Assembly: GCA_030390025.1 (NCBI GenBank)
Contig: CM059432.1
Span: 92,816,001 to 92,880,000 of the forward strand
Direction: 5' to 3'
DNA from: Squalus acanthias
Lineage: Eukaryota
DNA length: 64,000 nucleotides
Of this stretch, positions 23,304-34,437 are shown in pieces. The notes below the pieces were generated by a model that worked only from the letters and a program-made list of their open reading frames with translations, searched no databases and was not told where the DNA came from. Position numbers and translations under genes: made by a program. The first letter of the stretch is position 1. The number at the start of each line of letters is the position of its first letter.

Positions 23304-26300
23304 TAAGAACATAAGAACATAAGAAATAGGAGCAGGAGGAGGCCATTCGGTCCCTGGAGCCTGCTCCGCTATTCAAGAAGATCATGGTTGATCTTCTACC
23401 TCAACTCCACTTTCCTGCACTATCCCCATATCCCTTGATTCCCTTAATATCCAAAAATCTATCGATCTCTGTCTTGAATATGCCCAATGACTGAGCCTCC
23501 ACAGCCCTCTGGGGTAGAGAATTCTAAAGATTCACTACCCTCTGAGTGAAGAAATCTCTCCTCATCTCAGTCCTAAATGGCCGACCCCTTATTCTGAGAT
23601 TGTGACTCCTGGTTCTAGACTCCCCAGTCAGGGGAAACATCCTTCCTGCATCTACCCTGTCAAGCCCTGTAAGAATTTTGTATGTTTCATTGAGATCACC
23701 TCTCATTCTTCTAAACTCTAGAGAACAAAGGCTTAGTCTACTCAATTTCTCCTCATAGGACAATCCCCCCATCTCAGGAACCAGTCTGGTGAACCTTCGT
23801 TGCACTCCCTCTATGGCAAGTATATCCTTCCTTAGGTAAGGAGACCATAACTGTACATAATACTCCAGGTGTGGTCTCACCAGGGCCCTATATAATTGCA
23901 GTAAGACGTCTTTACTGTTATACTCAAATCCTCTTGTAATAAAGGCCAACATACCATTTGCTGAACTGAGAAATAACAAGGGGCAGAAAACGTTAGCGGG
24001 AGTGATATATAGACCTCCAAACAGTAATGCGGAGGTTGGGGATGGCATTAAAAGGGAAATTAGAGAAGCGTGCAATAAGGGCACAGCAGTCATCATGGGT
24101 GACTTTAATCTACATATAGATTGGGCTAACCAAATTAGTAACAATACTATGGAGGAGGAATTCCTGGAGTGTTTACGGGATGGTTTCCTGGACCAATATG
24201 TCGAGGAACCAACCAGAGATCAGGCCATCTTAGACTGGGTATTATGCAATGAGAAAGGATTAATTAGCAATCTTGTTTTGCGAGGCCCCTTGGGTCGGAG
24301 CGATCATAATATGATAGAATTCTTCATTAGGATGGAGAGTGAAGTAGTTGACTCAGAGACTAGGGTCCTGAATTTAAATAAAGGAAACTACGATGGTATG
24401 AGGTGCGAGTTGGGTAGGATTGATTGGGGAATGTCACTCAAAGGGTTGACGGTGGATAGGCAATGGCAAACATTCAAAGACCGCATGGACGAACTACAGA
24501 ATTTGTTCATCCCAGTGTGGCATAAGAATAAAACAAAAAGGGTGACTCAACCGTGGCTAACAAGGGAAATTAGGGATAGCATAAGATCCAAGGAGAGGGC
24601 ATATAAATTGGCCAGAAAAAGCAGTAACCCTGAGGATTGGGAGCAGTTTAAGATTCAACAAAGGAGGACGAAGGGATTAATTAAGAAGGGGATAATAGAA
24701 TACGAGAGTAAGCTTGCAGGGAACATAAAAACTGATTGTAAAAGCTTTTATAGATATGTGAAGAGAAAAAGATTAGTGAAATCAAGTGTAGGTCCCTTGC
24801 AGTCAGAATCAGGGGAACTTATAATGGGGAACAAAGAAATGTCAGACCAATTAAATACATATTTTGGTTCTGTCTTCACAAAGGAGGACACAAATAACCT
24901 CCCAAAGATGTTGGGGAACATAGGGTCTGATGAAAGGGAGGAACTGAAAGAAATCAGTATTTGCAGGGAAATGGTGTTAGGGAAATTGAAGGGATTGAAG
25001 GCCGATAAATCCCCAGGGCCTGATAATCTACATCCTAGGGTACTTAAGGAAGTGGCCCTAGAAATAGTAGATGCATTGCTGATCATCTTCCAACATTCGA
25101 TGGAATCTGGAACAGCACCCATGGATTGGAGGGTAGCTAATGTTACCCCACTATTCAAAAAGGGTGGTAGAGAGAAAACGGGGAATTACAGACCGGTAAG
25201 CCTGACATCGGTAGTGGGGAAAATGCTAGAGTCCATTATAAAAGATGTAATAGCTGAGCACTTGGAAAACAGTGACAGGATCGGACAAAGTCAACATGGA
25301 TTTACAAAAGGTAAATCATGCTTGACTAATCTACTGGAATTTTTTGAGGATGTAACTGGTAAAATAGATAAGGGACAACCAGTGGATGTGGTGTATTTGG
25401 ACTTCCAAAAGGCTTTTGATAAGGTCCCGCATAAGAGATTAGCATGTAAAGTTAAGGCACATGGGATTGGGGGCAAGGTATTGACTTGGATAGAGAACTG
25501 GTTGGCAGACAGAAAGCAAAGAGTTGGAATAAACGGGTCTTTTTCCGAGTGGCAGGCAGTGACTAGTGGGGTACTGCAGGGATCGGTCCTTGGACCCCAG
25601 CTGTTCACAATATATATTAATGATCTAGACAAGGGAACTAGATGTAATATCTCCAAGTTTGCAGACGACACAAAACTGGGTGAGCGTGTGTGCTGCGAGG
25701 AGGATGCCGAGAAACTCCAGGATGATTTGGACAGGTTGGGTGAGTGGGCAGAAGCGTGGCAGATGCAATATAACGTTGATAAATGCGAGGTTATCCACTT
25801 TGGTGTCAAAAACAGAAAGGCAGATTATTATCTGAATGGCAATAGATTGGGAGACGGGGAAGTGCAACGAGACCTGGGTGTCCTTGTGCACCAGTCGCTG
25901 AAGGTAAGCATGCAGGTGCAGCAGGCGGTGAAGAAGGCAAATGGTATGTTGGCCTTCATAGTGAGAGGGTTTGAGTACAGGAACAAGGATGTCTTGCTGC
26001 AGTTGTACAGGGCCTTGGTGAGACCACATCTTGAGAACTGTGTGCAGTTTTGGTCGCCTTATCTGAGGAAGGATGTTCTTGCCATGGAAGGAGTTCAGCG
26101 AAGATTCACCAGGCTGATACCTGGGATGGCAGGAATGACGTATGAAGAGAGATTGGGTCAATTGGGCTTATACTCACTGGAGTTTAGAAGAATGAGAAGG
26201 GATCTCATTGAAACATATAAAATTCTGACAGAACAGGACAAACTAGATGCAGGAAGGATGTTCCCGATGGTCAGGGAGTCCAGAACCAGGGGTCACAGTC

Positions 26301-28081
26301 TAAGGATAAGGGGTAAGCCATTTAGGACAGAAATGAGGAGGAATTTCTTCACCCAGAGAGTGGTGAACCTGTGGAATTCTCTGCCACAGAAGGCAGTAGA
26401 GGCCAATTCAATAAATAGATTCAAGAAGGAGTTGGATATATTTCTTAAGGCTAAAGGGATCAAGGGATATGGGGAGAAAGCAGGGACAGGGTACTGAATT
26501 TGGATGATCAACCATGATCGCATTGAATGGCAGAGTAGGCTAGAGGGGCCGAATGGCCTACACCTGCTCCTATCTTCTATGATTCTATGCTTTCCTAATT
26601 GCTTGCTGTACCTGCATGTTAACTTTCTGTGATTTGTTTACAAGGACACCCAGGTCCCTCTGAACACCAACATTTCCCAATCTCTCACCATTTAAAAAAT
26701 ACTCTGCTTTTCTATTTTTCCTACCAACGTGGATAACTTCACATTTCTCCACATTATATTCCATTTGCCATGTTCTTGCCCACTCACTTAGCTTGTCTAT
26801 ATCCCCTTGAAGCCTCTTTGCATCCTCCTCACAACTTACATTCCCACCCAGCTTTGTATCATCAGCAAACTTGGATATATTACATTTGGTCCCCTCATCC
26901 AAATCATTGATATAGATTGTGAATAGCTGAGGTCCAAGCACTGATCCTTGCGGTACCCCACTTGTTACAGCCTGCCAACTCGAAAATGACCCGTTTATTC
27001 CTACTCTCTGTTTTCTGTCCGTTAACCAATCCTCAATCCATGCTAGTATATTACCCCCAATCCCATGAGCCCTAATTTTGTTTAATGTGTGGCACCTTAT
27101 CGAATGCCTTCTGAAAATCCAAAAACGCCACATCCACTGGTTCCCCCTTATCTATTCTGCTAGTTACAACCTCCAAAAACTCTAACAGATTCGCCAAATA
27201 CGATTTCCCTTTCATAAATCCGTGTTGACTCTGCCTAATCCTATTGTTATTTTCTAAGTGCCCTGTTACCATGTCCTTAACAATAGATTCTAGCATTTTC
27301 CCTACTATTGATGTCAGGATAACTGGTCTGTAGTTCCCCGTTTTGTCACTCCCTCCTTTCTTAAATAGTGGGGTTACATTTGCTACCTTCCAATCTGCGG
27401 GAACCGTTCTAGAATCTGTGGAATTTTGGAAAATGACAACCAATGCATCCACTATCTCTATAGCCAACTCTTTCAAAACCCAAGGATGTAGGCCATTAGG
27501 TCCATGGGATTTATTGGCTTTCAGTCCCATTAATTTCTCCAGTACTATTTTTTTACTAATACTAATTTCTTTCAGCTGCTCATTCTCGCTAGACCCTTGG
27601 TTCTCCACTATTTCTATTTTTCTCTGATGTCACCTTAGTCACTGATGCCTTATTACCTTTGTTACTCTCTCTGTCCCTTCCTCACCCACTCTGCTTATCT
27701 TTACCCAAAACTCTCTAGAGCCTTGACATTTCTCTCGCTGCTTTTAAATTTACTCTTTCCTGAATCCTCCCGCCTCCTCCCACTTCATTCGTTTAGAGCC
27801 CTGTTTAGTGTCCCAGTTATTCGGTTCACCAGGACACTGGTCCCAGCCCGGTTTAAGTGGAGCCCGTCCCAACGGAACAGCTCCCTCTTTCCCCAGTAGT
27901 GGTGCCAGTGCCCCATGAACTGAAACCCCTTCCTCCCATACCACTCTTTGGGCCATGCATTTAAACCTCTAATCTGTTTGTCCCTATGCCAATTTGCGCG
28001 TGGCTCAGTTAACAATCCAGAGATTATTACCTTTGAGGTTCTGCATTTTAATTTGGATCCTAGCTCCTGAAACTGCCTCAC
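23304..28081 (-). mobile_element. CR1 LINE split by an antisense CR1 insertion, with an internal deletion near 27625
   Basis: 3' part 23304-23962; RT part 26588-27625; ORF1 esterase C-terminus 27785-28081 (DGLHLN); TGCT duplicated at 23959-23962 and 26588-26591. Confidence 0.9.
23963..26587 (+). mobile_element. Young 5'-truncated CR1 with ORF2 open to its natural stop (24002-26497)
   Basis: 831-aa partial APE + RT frame; TTCTATGATTCTA tail; 4-bp TGCT duplication. Confidence 0.96.
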
Positions 28082-28756
28082 CTTATATTCCTATAAGGTA
28101 AAAATGCGATGCATCAAGGTATAGAGTTTGAGGGGCGAGGGATCGACTACATAAGTATAGATCTAGATTTAGTTAGTTTAATGTCAGTTATGGGCATATT
28201 CGTTAGCCTAGATTTTAATTCCCAGCGGGAGTCGTGCGAGTCGGGGTCGAGGCGAGTGGCAAACTGTCTGTCCCCCTGCAGCTTGAGGCCCAGGAGTTCT
28301 TAACTCTTGAGCCTCATCTGCATGCAGGCCATCAGTCTCCCGCCCAAACCCAGCGGGAACCCCTAACTGGCCGACAGGTGGGAGCGAGATTTCGGGCAGC
28401 AGGCGGGCACCACTGTCAACCTGAGGAAATGGTTCCCAGTACTAAGGTATATGGTCGGGGTGATTGGGAGGGGGTGGTGGAGGGGATAGTGGTCAGGAGA
28501 GGGAAAGGGAAACCAGAGGCAGGTGTAGGATTATTATTATTAATTTGTTTAGGAAAGTAACCCTATTACTAGTTCTAATCTTGAGTGGAGACAACAAGCA
28601 CAGAAACTGGTACTAAGATTACTAAACACTTTATTCGATTGTCCAAGAACAATAAGTAACAGCTCTAAACAATACTCACATCTGGGAACACGGTTCAGAA
28701 CGCAGATTAACCAAACTCTTGTTCTGGAGTGTCTACTGAAGCGATTCTTCCTTGTC

Positions 28757-31700
28757 TAGGTAAAAAGCGGGAAGAGGTCCTACAAGCAGAATTTAGGGAG
28801 CTAGGAGCTAAATTAAAAAGTAGGACCTCTAAGGTAGTAATCTCTGGATTGCTACCAGGGCCACGAGCTAATCAGAATAGAGAGAACAGGATAGTGAGAT
28901 TGAATACGTGGCTTGAGCAGTGGTGCAGGAGGGAGGGATTCAAATTCCTGAGGCATTGGAACCAGTTCTGGGGGAAGTGGGACCTGTACAAAAGGGACGG
29001 TCTGCACTTGGGCAGGACTGGAACCGATGTCCTCGGGGTAATATTTGCTAAAGCAGTTCGGGAGGATTTAAACTAATATGGCAGGGGAAGGGGAACCTAT
29101 GTAGCGAAACAGGGGGAAGTAATATGCAGTCAGAAACAAATGTTAGAAGGGTGAGAAACAATAGGGGAAGGCCGAGTAAACAAAGGCAAGAAACACAAAG
29201 GGCCATACTAAATCATAAGTCTAAAAGGACAAAGGATGTTAATAAAATAAGCCTAAAGGCTCTGTGTCTTAATGCAAGGAGTATCCGTAATAAGGTGGAT
29301 GAATTGACTGTGCAAATAGATGTTAACGGATACGATGTGATTGGGATTACAGAGACGTGGCTCCAGAACAATCAAGGCTGGGAACTGAACATCCAGGGGT
29401 ATTCAACATTCAGAAAGGATAGAATAAAAGGAAAAGGGGGTGGGGTAGCATTGCTGGTTAAAGAGGAGATTAATGCAATAGCTAGGAAGGACATCAGCTT
29501 GGAGGATGTGGAATCAATATGGGTTGAGCTGCAGAACACCAAAGGGCAGAAAACGTTAGTGGGAGTTGTGTACAGACCTCCAAACAGCAGTGGTGAGGTG
29601 GGGGAGGGTATGAAACAGGAAATCAGAGGTGCGTGCAAAAAAGGCACGGCAGTTATCATGGGTGACTTTAATATGCATATAGATTGGGCTACTCAAACTG
29701 GAAGCAAACTCGAAGTGGAGGAGGATTTCCTGGAGTGTTTAAGGGATGGTTTCCTAAACCAATATGTTGAGGAACCAACTCGAGGGGAGGCCATCCTGGA
29801 CTGGGTGTTGTGTAATGAGGAAGGACTAATCAGCAATCTTGTGGTACGAGGCCCCCTGGGGAAGAGTGACCATAGTATGGTGGAGTTCTACATTAGGATG
29901 GAGAAGGAAACAGTTAAGTCAGAGACCATGGTCCAGAACTTAAATAAGGGCAACTTTGATGGTATGAGGCGTGAATTGGCGAGGTTAAATTGGCAAGCGA
30001 TATTTAAGGGGCTATCAGTGGAAGGGCAATGGCAGACATTTAGAGATCGCATGGATGAACTACAACAATTGTACATCCCGGTCTGGCGTAAAAATAAAAA
30101 AGGGAAGGTGGCTCAACCATGGCTAACAAGGGAAATCAGGGATAGTATTAAAACCAAGGAAGCTGCATACAAATTGGCCAGAAGTAGCAGCAAACCCGGG
30201 GACTGGGAGAACTTCAAAACTCAGCAAAGGAGGACGAAGGGTTTGATTAGGGCAGGGAAAATAAAATATGAAAGGAAGCTTGCAGAGAACATTAAAATGG
30301 ACTGCAAAAGCTTCTATAAATATGTAAAAAGAAAGAGGTTAGTAAAAACAAACGTAGGTCCCCTGCAGTCGGAAACAGGGCAAGTCGTAATGGGGAACAA
30401 GGAAATGGCAGATCAATTGAACAAGTACTTTGGTTCGGTGTTTACTGTGGAGGACACACACAACCTGCCGGAAATAAAAGGGGTCGGAGGATCTGGTAAG
30501 AGGGAGGAGCTGAGGGAAATCCTTATTAGTCGGGAAAAGGTATTGGGGAAATTGATGGGACTGAAGGCTCAAAAATCCCCGGGGCCTGATGGTCTGCATC
30601 CCAGAGTACTTAAGGAGGTGGCCTTGGAAATAGTGGATGCATTGACGATCATTTTCCAACATTCCTTAGACTCTGGATCAGTTCCGATGGAGTGGAGGGT
30701 GGCCAATGTAACCCCTCTTTTTAAAAAAGGAGGGAGGGAGAAAGCAGGGAATTATAGACCGGTCAGCCTGACATCGGTCGTGGGTAAAATGATGGAAGCA
30801 ATTATTAAAGATGTCATAACAGACCATTTGGAAAGTGGCGACATGATAGGTCCAAGTCAGCATGGATTTGTGAAAGGGAAATCATGCATGACAAATCTTC
30901 TGGAATTTTTTGAGGATGTTTCCAATAGGGTGGACAGGGGGGAACCAGTAGATGTGGTGTATTTGGACTTTCAGAAGGCCTTCGACAAGGTCCCACACAA
31001 GAGATTGGTGAGCAAAGTTAAAGCACATGGGATTGGGGGTAATGTGTTGACGTGGATTGAGAACTGGTTGGCACACAGGAAACAAAGAGTAGGAGTAAAT
31101 GGGTACTTTTCACAATGGCAGGCAGTGACCAGCGGGGTACCGCAGGGTTCGGTGCTGGGACCCCAGCTGTTTACATTATATATTAATGATTTGGACGAAG
31201 GGATTAAATGTAATATCTCCAAATTTGCGGATGACACTAAATTGGGAGGCAGTGTGAACAATGAGGAGGATGCTAGGAGGCTACAGAGTGACTTGGACAG
31301 GTTGGGTGAATGGGCAAATGTATGGCAGATGAAGTACAATGTGGATAAATGTGAGGTTATCCACTTTGGTGGTAAAAATAGAGAGGCGGACTATTACCTG
31401 AATGGTGGCAGATTAGGGAAAGGGGAGGTGCAACGAGACCTGGGCGTCATGGTACATCAGTCACTGAAGGTGGGAATGCAAGTGCAGCAGGCAGTCAAGA
31501 AAGCAAACGGAATGATGGCCTTCATAGTAAGGGGATTTGAGTACAGGAGTAGGGAGGTGATGCTGCAGTTGTACAGGGCCTTGGTGAGGCCACACCTGGA
31601 GTATTGTGCGCAGTTTTGGTCTCCTAACTTAAGGAAGGACATTCTTGCTATTGAGGGAGTGCAGCGAAGGTTCACTAGATTGATTCCTGGGATGGCCGGA

Positions 31701-32164
31701 CTGACATATCAAGAAAGATTGGGTCAACTGAACTTGTATCCTCTGGAGTTCAGAAGAATGAGGGGGGATCTTATAGAGACATTTAAAATCCTGACTGGTT
31801 TAGACAAATTAGATGCGGGCAGAATGTTCCCAATGTTAGGGAAAACTAGAACCAGGGGTCACAGTCTAAGGATTAAGGGGAAGCCATTTAAGACTGAGCT
31901 GAGGAGGAACTTCTTCACCCAGAGAGTGGTGAATCTATGGAATTCTCTTCCACAGAAGGTTGTTGAGGCCAGTTCGCTAAATATATTCAAAAGGGAGTTA
32001 GATATAACACTCACAACTAGGGGGATCAAGGGGTATGGCGAGAAAGCAGGAATGGGGTACTGAGGTAGCATGTTCAGCCATGAACGCATTGAATGGCGGT
32101 GCAGGCTCGAAGGACCGAATGGTCTACTCCTGTACCTATTTTCTATGTTTCTATGTTTCTATGT
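28757..32164 (+). mobile_element. CR1 LINE with truncated ORF1 and intact ORF2
   Basis: ORF1 C-terminal half to 29076 (KVVISGLLP..DGLHL); ORF2 29124-32063; (TTCTATGT)n tail to ~32164. Confidence 0.97.
29124..32063 (+). CDS. CR1 ORF2: AP endonuclease + reverse transcriptase, 979 aa, uninterrupted
   Basis: NARSIRNK, GITETWL, YRPP, GDFN, SDH (APE); NYRPVSLTS, QHGF, DFQKAFDKV, GVPQGSVLGP, FADD (RT). True start codon uncertain. Confidence 0.93.
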   Translation: MQSETNVRRVRNNRGRPSKQRQETQRAILNHKSKRTKDVNKISLKALCLNARSIRNKVDELTVQIDVNGYDVIGITETWLQNNQGWELNIQGYSTFRKDRIKGKGGGVALLVKEEINAIARKDISLEDVESIWVELQNTKGQKTLVGVVYRPPNSSGEVGEGMKQEIRGACKKGTAVIMGDFNMHIDWATQTGSKLEVEEDFLECLRDGFLNQYVEEPTRGEAILDWVLCNEEGLISNLVVRGPLGKSDHSMVEFYIRMEKETVKSETMVQNLNKGNFDGMRRELARLNWQAIFKGLSVEGQWQTFRDRMDELQQLYIPVWRKNKKGKVAQPWLTREIRDSIKTKEAAYKLARSSSKPGDWENFKTQQRRTKGLIRAGKIKYERKLAENIKMDCKSFYKYVKRKRLVKTNVGPLQSETGQVVMGNKEMADQLNKYFGSVFTVEDTHNLPEIKGVGGSGKREELREILISREKVLGKLMGLKAQKSPGPDGLHPRVLKEVALEIVDALTIIFQHSLDSGSVPMEWRVANVTPLFKKGGREKAGNYRPVSLTSVVGKMMEAIIKDVITDHLESGDMIGPSQHGFVKGKSCMTNLLEFFEDVSNRVDRGEPVDVVYLDFQKAFDKVPHKRLVSKVKAHGIGGNVLTWIENWLAHRKQRVGVNGYFSQWQAVTSGVPQGSVLGPQLFTLYINDLDEGIKCNISKFADDTKLGGSVNNEEDARRLQSDLDRLGEWANVWQMKYNVDKCEVIHFGGKNREADYYLNGGRLGKGEVQRDLGVMVHQSLKVGMQVQQAVKKANGMMAFIVRGFEYRSREVMLQLYRALVRPHLEYCAQFWSPNLRKDILAIEGVQRRFTRLIPGMAGLTYQERLGQLNLYPLEFRRMRGDLIETFKILTGLDKLDAGRMFPMLGKTRTRGHSLRIKGKPFKTELRRNFFTQRVVNLWNSLPQKVVEASSLNIFKRELDITLTTRGIKGYGEKAGMGY

Positions 32165-33699
32165 CTTTGTCCTTCTTGATGATTGCCTCTCCTTTTTATA
32201 CAGTTTTTTGAGGCTTAGTCTTATGGTTGCTGACCCCCATAAACTGTTATCGTTATTTTTTTGTTGCAGTGTCCAGCAGGCAGGTGCACATCATGAACGC
32301 AGTGGGAAGCACTTGACCGCCATTTTAACCACCTACCCACCCTATTCCCATCAGGCAGGCAGCATTAAAACCAGCCCTTTAGAATCCATCATTTGAGAGA
32401 AAATTGATGATTCTTTAGAAATACATGTGTTAATCAAGGGTAGCTGGCACAAATTTGTTAATGGCATGTGATACTTCATGAATTTAAGAGTTTTTTAAGA
32501 TTGGATAGATAAAGAGAATGTACTGTATATCAATTTTCAGAAGGTGTCTCACAAGAGGCTTGTTAGGAAAATTCAGGCGTATGATATAAGAGGAAAGGTA
32601 ACAACATGGATAGAAAGTTGGTTGACATACAGGAAACAGAGGCCTAGAAATTGGTCCCTGCGCCAGAATGGGTAGGCCAGAGGCCCGACCCCTGCTGATC
32701 ATCCTCAGGCAGCTCACCGGCGAAGAACATTATAATTTGGGGCCGCTGCATTACCTGTATGTCTTGGGAGAAGAGGGGTGACTGGGAGAGGGAGGGATTT
32801 TCTTTTATAAAGTTAACTCTTTGGTGGCAGCCCGGTGCCAGCTTCATTCAGGGTAAACCAATTTAGTAACGGGGGCATCAATCAGGCATTATGCACCTCA
32901 TTGCATATGCGAAGGGACTAACGCCTCTTTTGATTCCTATGCCAATATGGTGATCAGCTCACATTCGGCGATAAATGTGTACAAGCCACCTGTTTTTTGG
33001 ACGCTTTATTGCTCATTTTATGCCTGTAAAACAGAATGTTGCACAGACAAGAGAAGGATTGAAAGTGGTGTACACCATGGAAATGTATCCTCTAATTATT
33101 TTTTTGGGCCGCGCGGCTCTTTTAACGGGCTGTGTGGCTCATTCAAAATTCTGTGCATGTGCGGATTTTCCATTTAAAAGCTGTTGAGCTGGCTGCACGG
33201 GACGTCCAGAGTAGCCGCGAAGCTTAAAGGGAACATTGCCACAGGGGTCAATGATACATCCGCTTTTGTTTTTTTTAATTCATTCATGGGATGTGGGTGT
33301 CGCTGGCATGGCCAGCATTTATTTCCCATCCCTAATTGCCCTTCAGAAGATGGTGGTGAGTTGCCTTCTTGAACCGCTGCAGTCAGTGGGGTGAAGGTAT
33401 TCCCACAGTGATGTTCGGGAGGGAGTTCCAGGATTTTGACCCAGCGATGATGAAGGAACGGCGATATATTTCCAAGTCAGGATGGTGTGTAACTTGGAGG
33501 GGAACTTGCAGGTGGTGGTGTTCCCTTGTGCCTGCTGCCCTTGTCCTTCTAGGTGGTAGAAGTCACGGGTTTGGGAGGTGCTGCTGAAGAAGCCTTGGCA
33601 AGTTGCTGCAGTGCATCTTGTCGATGGTACACACTGCAGCCATGGTGCGCTGGTGGTGGAGGAAGTGAATGTTTAAGGTGGTGGATGAGGTGCCAATAA

Positions 33700-34437
33700 A
33701 TGTTGGTGTTCAGAGAGATTTGGGTGTCCTCATGCAAGAAACACAGAAAGCTAGCATGCAGGTGCAGTAAGCAATAAGGAAGGCAAATGGCATGTTGGCC
33801 TTTATTGCAAGGGGGTTGGAGTATAAGAGTAAGGAAGTCTTGCGACAATTGTACAGGGCCTTGGTGAGACTACACCTGGACTACTGTGCACAGTTTTGGT
33901 CCCCTTATCTAAGGAAGGATATACTTGCCTTGGAGGCGGTGCAACAAAGGTTCACTAGATTGATTCCTGGGATGAGAGGGCTGTCTTATGATGAGAGGTT
34001 GTGTAGAAGGGGCCTATACTCTCTGGAGTTTAGAAGAATGAGAGGTGATCTCATTGAAACATTCAGGATTCTGAAGGGGATTGATAGGGTAGATGCTGAG
34101 AGGTTGTTTCCCCTGGCTGGAGTGTCTAGAACTAGGGGGCATAGTCTCAGGATAAGGGGTAGGCCATTTAAGACTGAGATGAGGAGGAATTTCTTCACTC
34201 AGAGGGTTGTGAATCTTTGGAATTCTCTACCCCAGAGGGCTGTGGATGCTGGGTCTTTGAGTATATTCAAGGCTGAGATAGATAGATTTTTGGACTCTAG
34301 GGGAATCAAGGGATTTGGAGATCGAACAGGAAAGTGAAGTTGAGGTGGATGATCAGCCATGATCTTTTGAATGGCGGAGCAGGCTCGAGGGGCTGAATGG
34401 CCTACTCCTGCTCCTATTTCTTATGTTCTTATGTTCT
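33700..34437 (+). mobile_element. CR1 3' fragment inserted into the tRNA-headed LINE
   Basis: ORF 33792-34337; (TTCTTATG)n tail; host sequence rejoins as GTGCCAAT..AAGCAGGCTGCT. Confidence 0.92.
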
